64,000 bases of DNA from Candidatus Cloacimonadales bacterium (GTDB lineage: Bacteria > Cloacimonadota > Cloacimonadia > Cloacimonadales > JAIOQZ01): assembly GCA_963662655.2 (NCBI GenBank), contig CAXXTU010000002.1, positions 1,440,001-1,504,000 of the forward strand. Direction: 5' to 3'. Under the pieces are notes generated by a model, which was given only the letters and a program-made list of their open reading frames with translations, was not told the DNA's origin and did not search any database. A program made the translations under genes and the position numbers. Positions 58,914 to 64,000 of this stretch are shown in pieces; the first letter of the stretch is position 1; each line of letters opens with the position of its first letter.

Positions 58914-60110
58914 TCACACGTTCAGCTTGCTAACCACGAAGTCTTTCGCAAGCTGCGCCACCAGGACGGGGTCCGTTTTAATCGCCTGGAAGAAAATCTC
59001 CCGAAGTGTCAGGTTCTCCCGCGGCATCTTCTTGCAGGTGGCGATCAGCCGATTGAGATTCTCGTCGCCGAAGAAGAGGAACTTCTCCTTAAACTTGTGC
59101 ATCAGGCGATGGTTCGCCCCCAGTTTCTGATCCCACCGCTTCTTGTAATTCATCAGGAACTTGCGACTGAAGTCCTGCTTCTGCACGGCTTCGGCTGCCA
59201 CCTCGCCGGCTTTCGCGCCGCCGTACATCGCGGTAATGATGCCGCCGCCCGTCATAGGATTGACCTGCCTTGCGGCGTCCCCGACCAGCATGATTCTCTC
59301 GGCGGCCATGTCCTTCAAAGGCTGGCCCGTAGGTATTCCGCCGCAAACGATCGCGTTGATCGCCCCGTTGGGATATCTCTTCTTCACGAAGTTGTCCAGA
59401 TAGTGAACCGGCCCGTGCTCAGAAATCCGGTTACCGGAAAGCCCGAGTCCCACGTTTGCCGATGTCTTGGACTTCGGGAATATCCATGTATATCCGCCGG
59501 GAGCCATTTGGTCGCCGAAGTAAAATTCGCAGTAGTTCTGATCCGCGTCGATGTTCGTTAGCGTGTATTGTACCGAGGTCTCGATGTCGCTCATATCGCA
59601 CGCGGTCTTGATGCCGGCCCAGCGCCCAACGCGCGATTCGACGCCGTCGGCTCCGATCACGATATCGCACTTCACCACATGCTCGTTACCCAGATGGCGA
59701 AAACGCACACCGCAGATTTGATCGTTGTCGAACTCCAGCCCGATCGCGTCCGCCTTCGTGAGCATCATCGCTCCCTCGGCGCATGCGAGATTGCAGAGCT
59801 CGCGATCGAAGATGCGTCGCTCGAGAATGTAGCCGGTGCCGATGTTCTCGAGTTGCAGCATGTTCCCATCCGGTGCGAAAATGCGTGCTGAATCGATTTT
59901 CGCCGCGATCCATTTCGGATTCGGCTCGATAAACGGCGCAAGTCCGCGATGCGAGACGCCTTCCGCGCAACGCACGGGAATGCCGGGCTCGCGGTCGCGT
60001 TCCAGGATCAGAACCTTCGCTCCGCCTTTCGCGGCGTATCTCGCCGCAGTGCTTCCCGCGGGTCCCGCACCAACGACAACGACATCGTACTTTGCTTTGA
60101 GATCGATCAT
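58914..60110 (-). CDS. Geranylgeranyl reductase / digeranylgeranylglycerophospholipid reductase family flavoprotein
   Basis: GAGPAGS, CAEG, GADG, PGGYTWIFPK (PxxYxWxFP GGR signature) and GDAA..VNP.TGGGI. Confidence 0.88.
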   Translation of the reverse strand: MIDLKAKYDVVVVGAGPAGSTAARYAAKGGAKVLILERDREPGIPVRCAEGVSHRGLAPFIEPNPKWIAAKIDSARIFAPDGNMLQLENIGTGYILERRIFDRELCNLACAEGAMMLTKADAIGLEFDNDQICGVRFRHLGNEHVVKCDIVIGADGVESRVGRWAGIKTACDMSDIETSVQYTLTNIDADQNYCEFYFGDQMAPGGYTWIFPKSKTSANVGLGLSGNRISEHGPVHYLDNFVKKRYPNGAINAIVCGGIPTGQPLKDMAAERIMLVGDAARQVNPMTGGGIITAMYGGAKAGEVAAEAVQKQDFSRKFLMNYKKRWDQKLGANHRLMHKFKEKFLFFGDENLNRLIATCKKMPRENLTLREIFFQAIKTDPVLVAQLAKDFVVSKLNV

Positions 60111-60280
60111 TCAGCGCCTCCCGAAATCGCTCTGAAGGGGCATATCTTCTCGCATTTACCACAGGAAATGCACTTCTCCTGGTCCAGAATCACCTTGAAC
60201 TCTGTCACGCGTATCGCGTCAACCGGACAGACGGCAACACAGGTGCCGCACAATCCACAAATCTCATGATCGATCTTCAT
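60107..60280 (-). CDS. 2[4Fe-4S] ferredoxin, 57 aa
   Basis: Read manually: MKIDHEICGLCGTCVAVCPVDAI...KCISCGKCEKICPFRAISGGAE*. GGAG SD; its TGA overlaps the GGR ATG. Confidence 0.92.
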   Translation of the reverse strand: MKIDHEICGLCGTCVAVCPVDAIRVTEFKVILDQEKCISCGKCEKICPFRAISGGAE

Positions 60281-60298
60281 ATATTCTCCAAAATCTGT

Positions 60299-61843
60299 TT
60301 ATTCAATGCATAATTTATAGTCTAAAATCACCATGTTGCCATCGTTGCGAAGCTGGATAACGATATCGTACTCGATGTAGGGGTCCAACGCGTTCTTGCC
60401 GGAGAACAACAGCCCCGTCTGATCCATGAATTCCCTCGTCATGCGTTTGACGAGGAAAATCGGCTCGAGGTTCCCCTGTCCGAAAGGCTGGAACTCGTTG
60501 AGCTTCTCGAACATCTGCTCATTGATATCGAACGGCCTGAGCACCGCGTCAATCTCGATCTTCTGCGCGTCTTCAATCTCCGTTATACGGTCGCGGAGAA
60601 ATCCCCCGAAACACTCCTCGAACTCCGGCAGCCGGTCTTCCTCCAGCGTGAATCCCGCCGCGCGAGCGTGTCCGCCGTACTGGACGAGGATATCGCTGCA
60701 GTGATTGAAAGAATCGATCAGGTTGATCGCATCCGTACTGCGCGCCTCGCCGACCACCAATCCTTTTTTCTTCTTCAGGAATATGACGGGAATCTTGAAT
60801 CGGCTGGTAACGATCGATGCCGCGAGTCCATACAGAGCGAACGGGATTTTATCCGATTCGTCGAAGTAGATGAAATAATACCCCGTCGGCTCGATCTGGG
60901 AAACGATATCGATCACCGCGTTGATCTTCCGCTCGTATTCGCTTTTCTCCATGAACAAGCGCTTCAGTTGATCGCGCTTTTCCACCGGATTTGCCAAAAG
61001 AAGCCTCATCCCGCGATTTTCGCCATCCAACATGCGCCCGCTCGAAAGGATCTTGTACGCAAACGCGATGAAATTCATCTTTGAGCGATTGTCTTCCGGC
61101 GTGTAGTAGTACTGACTCAGGAATTGAGCCGTGTCATCGAATACCGCCCGCCAGGAGCGCAATACCTCCAGACAGATGATACGATTCACCCCGTCCAGAG
61201 GGGCTTTGTCAGCGACGGTTCCCACCATGGTCCAAAAGAGGTAACTCGGATCCGGCTTCACGCCGCATATCTTCGATATGTGACGGATCAGGAGCCAGGT
61301 TACACCCACACCGGCAAGCATCGGATAAGGATACTGGCAATCCGCTTGCTTGGGATTGACGATCGCGTATGCTTTGGGGAGCTCGTCCTGCACAAGATGA
61401 TGATCGGTGATGATGGTCTCGATGCCCAGCTCGTTCAGCGCTTGAACGCCCTCGAAAGAAGAGGAGCAGCCATCCACCGTGATCACGAGATTGACCCCCA
61501 GGTCTCTCGCCTTCTGGACAAAACCCTCCTGAATGCCGTGGTGATCGACCAGCCGGTTCGGCACATGATAGAAATGATTCTGCGAACCGAGCTTCTCCAG
61601 ATAATCGAACAATATATAGGTGCTGGTGATCCCATCCGGATCGTCGTCACCGTAGATGATAATGCACTCTTTGTCGCGGATCGCCTGAATGATTCTCTGT
61701 GCGGCCTTCTCGATGTCCTTCATCAGGGCATCGTCCGGTAAATCCTCCAGCGTGACATTGAAGCTTGTATCATCGTAACCACGTTTTGCAATGATTTGTT
61801 CAACCGGCGACTTACCGTCGGCGTCTTTCCATATCCATTTCAT
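60299..61843 (-). CDS. recJ: RecJ-like DHH/DHHA1 single-stranded DNA exonuclease
   Basis: IYGDDDPDG, ITVD, TDHH, NPK, GTVAD, ARS, GGHARAAG and PFGQGN. Confidence 0.8.
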   Translation of the reverse strand: MKWIWKDADGKSPVEQIIAKRGYDDTSFNVTLEDLPDDALMKDIEKAAQRIIQAIRDKECIIIYGDDDPDGITSTYILFDYLEKLGSQNHFYHVPNRLVDHHGIQEGFVQKARDLGVNLVITVDGCSSSFEGVQALNELGIETIITDHHLVQDELPKAYAIVNPKQADCQYPYPMLAGVGVTWLLIRHISKICGVKPDPSYLFWTMVGTVADKAPLDGVNRIICLEVLRSWRAVFDDTAQFLSQYYYTPEDNRSKMNFIAFAYKILSSGRMLDGENRGMRLLLANPVEKRDQLKRLFMEKSEYERKINAVIDIVSQIEPTGYYFIYFDESDKIPFALYGLAASIVTSRFKIPVIFLKKKKGLVVGEARSTDAINLIDSFNHCSDILVQYGGHARAAGFTLEEDRLPEFEECFGGFLRDRITEIEDAQKIEIDAVLRPFDINEQMFEKLNEFQPFGQGNLEPIFLVKRMTREFMDQTGLLFSGKNALDPYIEYDIVIQLRNDGNMVILDYKLCIE

Positions 61844-61856
61844 TAAGCCTTTACTT

Positions 61857-63077
61857 TCAATCGGGTTGTGGAATATCTCTATGTTCTATACTTTTTTTGC
61901 GTTTCTTGAAAATGTCGAATCCTTTTGTACCGATGGTGAACATCAGGGTGTTCTCTTCCACGCCATGCTTGCTTTTGTCGCCGCGCATCGTGTACTGCAC
62001 ACCGAAATGAATCTCTTTACCCGGCGATTTGAACGGCACGGAGAAGCCGCCGCTTACGCTCGTTTCGGTCACACGGGAATCGTTCACCTCGAAAGGAAGC
62101 TGACGGTAGCTGACGCCCACACGCAGCGGCAATCGCTGATACCAGCCGCCACGGTCGTAAATCGGATCGTAGGCGATACCCAGCGATACCTTGGCCGAAT
62201 TCAGGTTCTCGACATCGTTGTCCGTCTTGTCCCACATTTCGTAATGGACGTCGGTGGAGAATTTGAACTTCTGCAGATAACGCCATGTCAGGCTCAGGCT
62301 ATAACGCTCGGGGAGTTCGAAACTTCCATCCGCGAGCTCGTCCTGATAAGGGTCGAATACATAGTTGAACTCCGTGTCGCCCTCCAGCTTGATCTTCGGC
62401 GAGTACGCCAAACCGAGCGACATGTTGCTGAAGCGCTTGCTCAGTCCCAGTGACCACCCGTAGCTATGGAAAAAATGGTTCGTCTCGTACTTCGCGTCCA
62501 CGAAGTCCGAATCGTCATAATCCGACTCGACATAACGCGAGCGCTGTCCGGTGTAATAATTCAGACCCGCGCCTATGTTTACCCAATCCGTATGCAACGC
62601 GTATATCAGATCGATGCGGTAAATATTCGATTCGATGCGGTTGGTTTCGTTCACGGTAAGCGTATCACCGTTGAACATGGATGTCTTGTCGACATCGTTC
62701 GTGAAGTTCCCGGCTGCCACCGTGTTGAAATTGAGCGCGAGATGGTGGTTCTTGAACGGTACCGCAACCGAGAAATACGGCAGGAAGAGTCCGTCGTCGC
62801 GGAATGTCTTGCCGTTTTTGTCCTTGTAGTTCATGTAGCCGAACGAAACGCCTGTCGAAAAAACGACGCTGCTGCAAGTGGTTGCAAGCGACGGATTGCC
62901 GAATCCGGTGTTGAACCTGTAGAGATCGGAGTAACCGGTCTCCCCCATTCCAATGGAGTATGTGTCAACGTTGTAGTATTGCTCTGCGAAACCATAGGTG
63001 GAAAAAATAGAATTTGCGCCAAGCAGTCCAAATGCTATTATCAAGCCGACCAGAATGCAATATCTTTTTCCTGTCAT
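61857..63077 (-). CDS. Outer-membrane beta-barrel protein (FadL/OmpP1-like)
   Basis: Signal peptide; SIGMG...NPS motif; aromatic amphipathic strands. Confidence 0.65.
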   Translation of the reverse strand: MTGKRYCILVGLIIAFGLLGANSIFSTYGFAEQYYNVDTYSIGMGETGYSDLYRFNTGFGNPSLATTCSSVVFSTGVSFGYMNYKDKNGKTFRDDGLFLPYFSVAVPFKNHHLALNFNTVAAGNFTNDVDKTSMFNGDTLTVNETNRIESNIYRIDLIYALHTDWVNIGAGLNYYTGQRSRYVESDYDDSDFVDAKYETNHFFHSYGWSLGLSKRFSNMSLGLAYSPKIKLEGDTEFNYVFDPYQDELADGSFELPERYSLSLTWRYLQKFKFSTDVHYEMWDKTDNDVENLNSAKVSLGIAYDPIYDRGGWYQRLPLRVGVSYRQLPFEVNDSRVTETSVSGGFSVPFKSPGKEIHFGVQYTMRGDKSKHGVEENTLMFTIGTKGFDIFKKRKKSIEHRDIPQPD

Positions 63078-63351
63078 CGATCCTTTCCTTTCAGTTTACC
63101 TCAAATGTTCAAAAAACTATTCTTCTATCTCATTGTCAAACTTTCTTTCGTGCTAATTTCGATACAGCCGCGTCCGCGTATCGCACGTCTTCCTTGCCGC
63201 CGTTTTTTTAGCTCTGCTTTTTTTCTTAACAAAATAATTGGTTGACATGACAAACCGTGTTGACGTAGTGCAGACATAGATATTAATGCCTTGGTGTCTG
63301 CCTTGTAGACGGTAGAGACATCCGGGATGCAGAAAAGGATTCGAGGAGAAC

Positions 63352-64000
63352 ATGAAGAAAATCTCGCCTTATATGTATATCCTTCCGGCTGCGATCATCG
63401 TGATCCTGTTCCGTTTGATTCCAATCATCATTTCCTTCTTCATCAGCTTTTTCGAGTGGAAAGTAGATGGAATCGGCTCATTCATCGGCCTGCAAAACTA
63501 CCTGAACATCTTCTCCGATCAGGAGTTCTGGCAGTCGATGGTCAACACATTCTACCTGGTGGTTTTCGTCGTGCCGTCCACGCTGATCCTCTCGCTCATC
63601 TTCGCTGTGCTGCTGAATCACATCACTGCGCTCCGGGCGTTCTTCAGAACCATCTATTTCATTCCGACCGTTACTTCGCTCGTCGCGGTATCGATCGTCT
63701 GGAAAATCATATACAACCAGCAGAGCGGTTTGATGAACTTCGTCCTGGGCAAAATCGGGATCGCGCCGCTGGGCTGGCTTTCCGAGAGCACCGGCATCTT
63801 CCAGATGATCTTCGATAACTTCAACGTTCAACTTCCCACAGTGTTTCAGGGACCTTCGCTAGCGCTTTTCGCGATCATCATCCTATCCGTATGGCGCTCA
63901 CTGGGTTACAACACGATTATCTATCTTGCGGGATTGCAAAATATCCCCAATGTATACTACGAAGCGGCCTCCATAGACGGGGCCAGTAAGCTCAGGCAAT
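63352..64000 (+). CDS. Carbohydrate ABC transporter permease, 3'-partial
   Basis: Read manually: MKKISPYMYILPA..., FIGLQNY, FRTIYFIP and EAA motif LAGLQNIP..YYEAASIDGA; GAGGAG SD. Confidence 0.92.
   Translation, partial: MKKISPYMYILPAAIIVILFRLIPIIISFFISFFEWKVDGIGSFIGLQNYLNIFSDQEFWQSMVNTFYLVVFVVPSTLILSLIFAVLLNHITALRAFFRTIYFIPTVTSLVAVSIVWKIIYNQQSGLMNFVLGKIGIAPLGWLSESTGIFQMIFDNFNVQLPTVFQGPSLALFAIIILSVWRSLGYNTIIYLAGLQNIPNVYYEAASIDGASKLRQ

Noticed and set aside
1..64000. Prophage, IS, integron or defence island
   Set aside because: No integrase, transposase, phage structural or recognisable defence genes were seen.

Overview
Gene-dense bacterial chromosomal window with no rRNA, tRNA, CRISPR array, transposase or prophage that I can recognise. 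The FlgD-Ig/T9SS-type C-terminal domains (YPNPFNP...LLK), a group II GGGP synthase, and an anaerobic ferredoxin and peptidase repertoire suggest the FCB superphylum, probably Ca. Cloacimonadota (inference). Housekeeping genes include gcvT, rsmA, mrp, surE-pcm, cysS, rsmD, xseA, pepF and recJ-like. A type IV pilus locus encodes pilC, pilB, three leaderless minor-pilin-like genes and a receiver domain fused to a degenerate PilT. Three non-standard lipid routes are represented: an OlsF-like ornithine lipid acyltransferase, a serine palmitoyltransferase-like enzyme, and archaeal-type isoprenoid/ether lipid genes (GGGP synthase operon; ferredoxin-geranylgeranyl reductase-prenol kinase-GT2 operon). 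Reading the raw sequence added features the ORF track misses: two intergenic copies of a conserved four-way-junction element with freely varying arms, a 57-aa ferredoxin, a 53-aa Cys-rich protein with a clamp-binding-like tail, single-base frameshifts in rsmA and a secreted GLUG protein, a probable ATT start codon, and a REP-like inverted pair.
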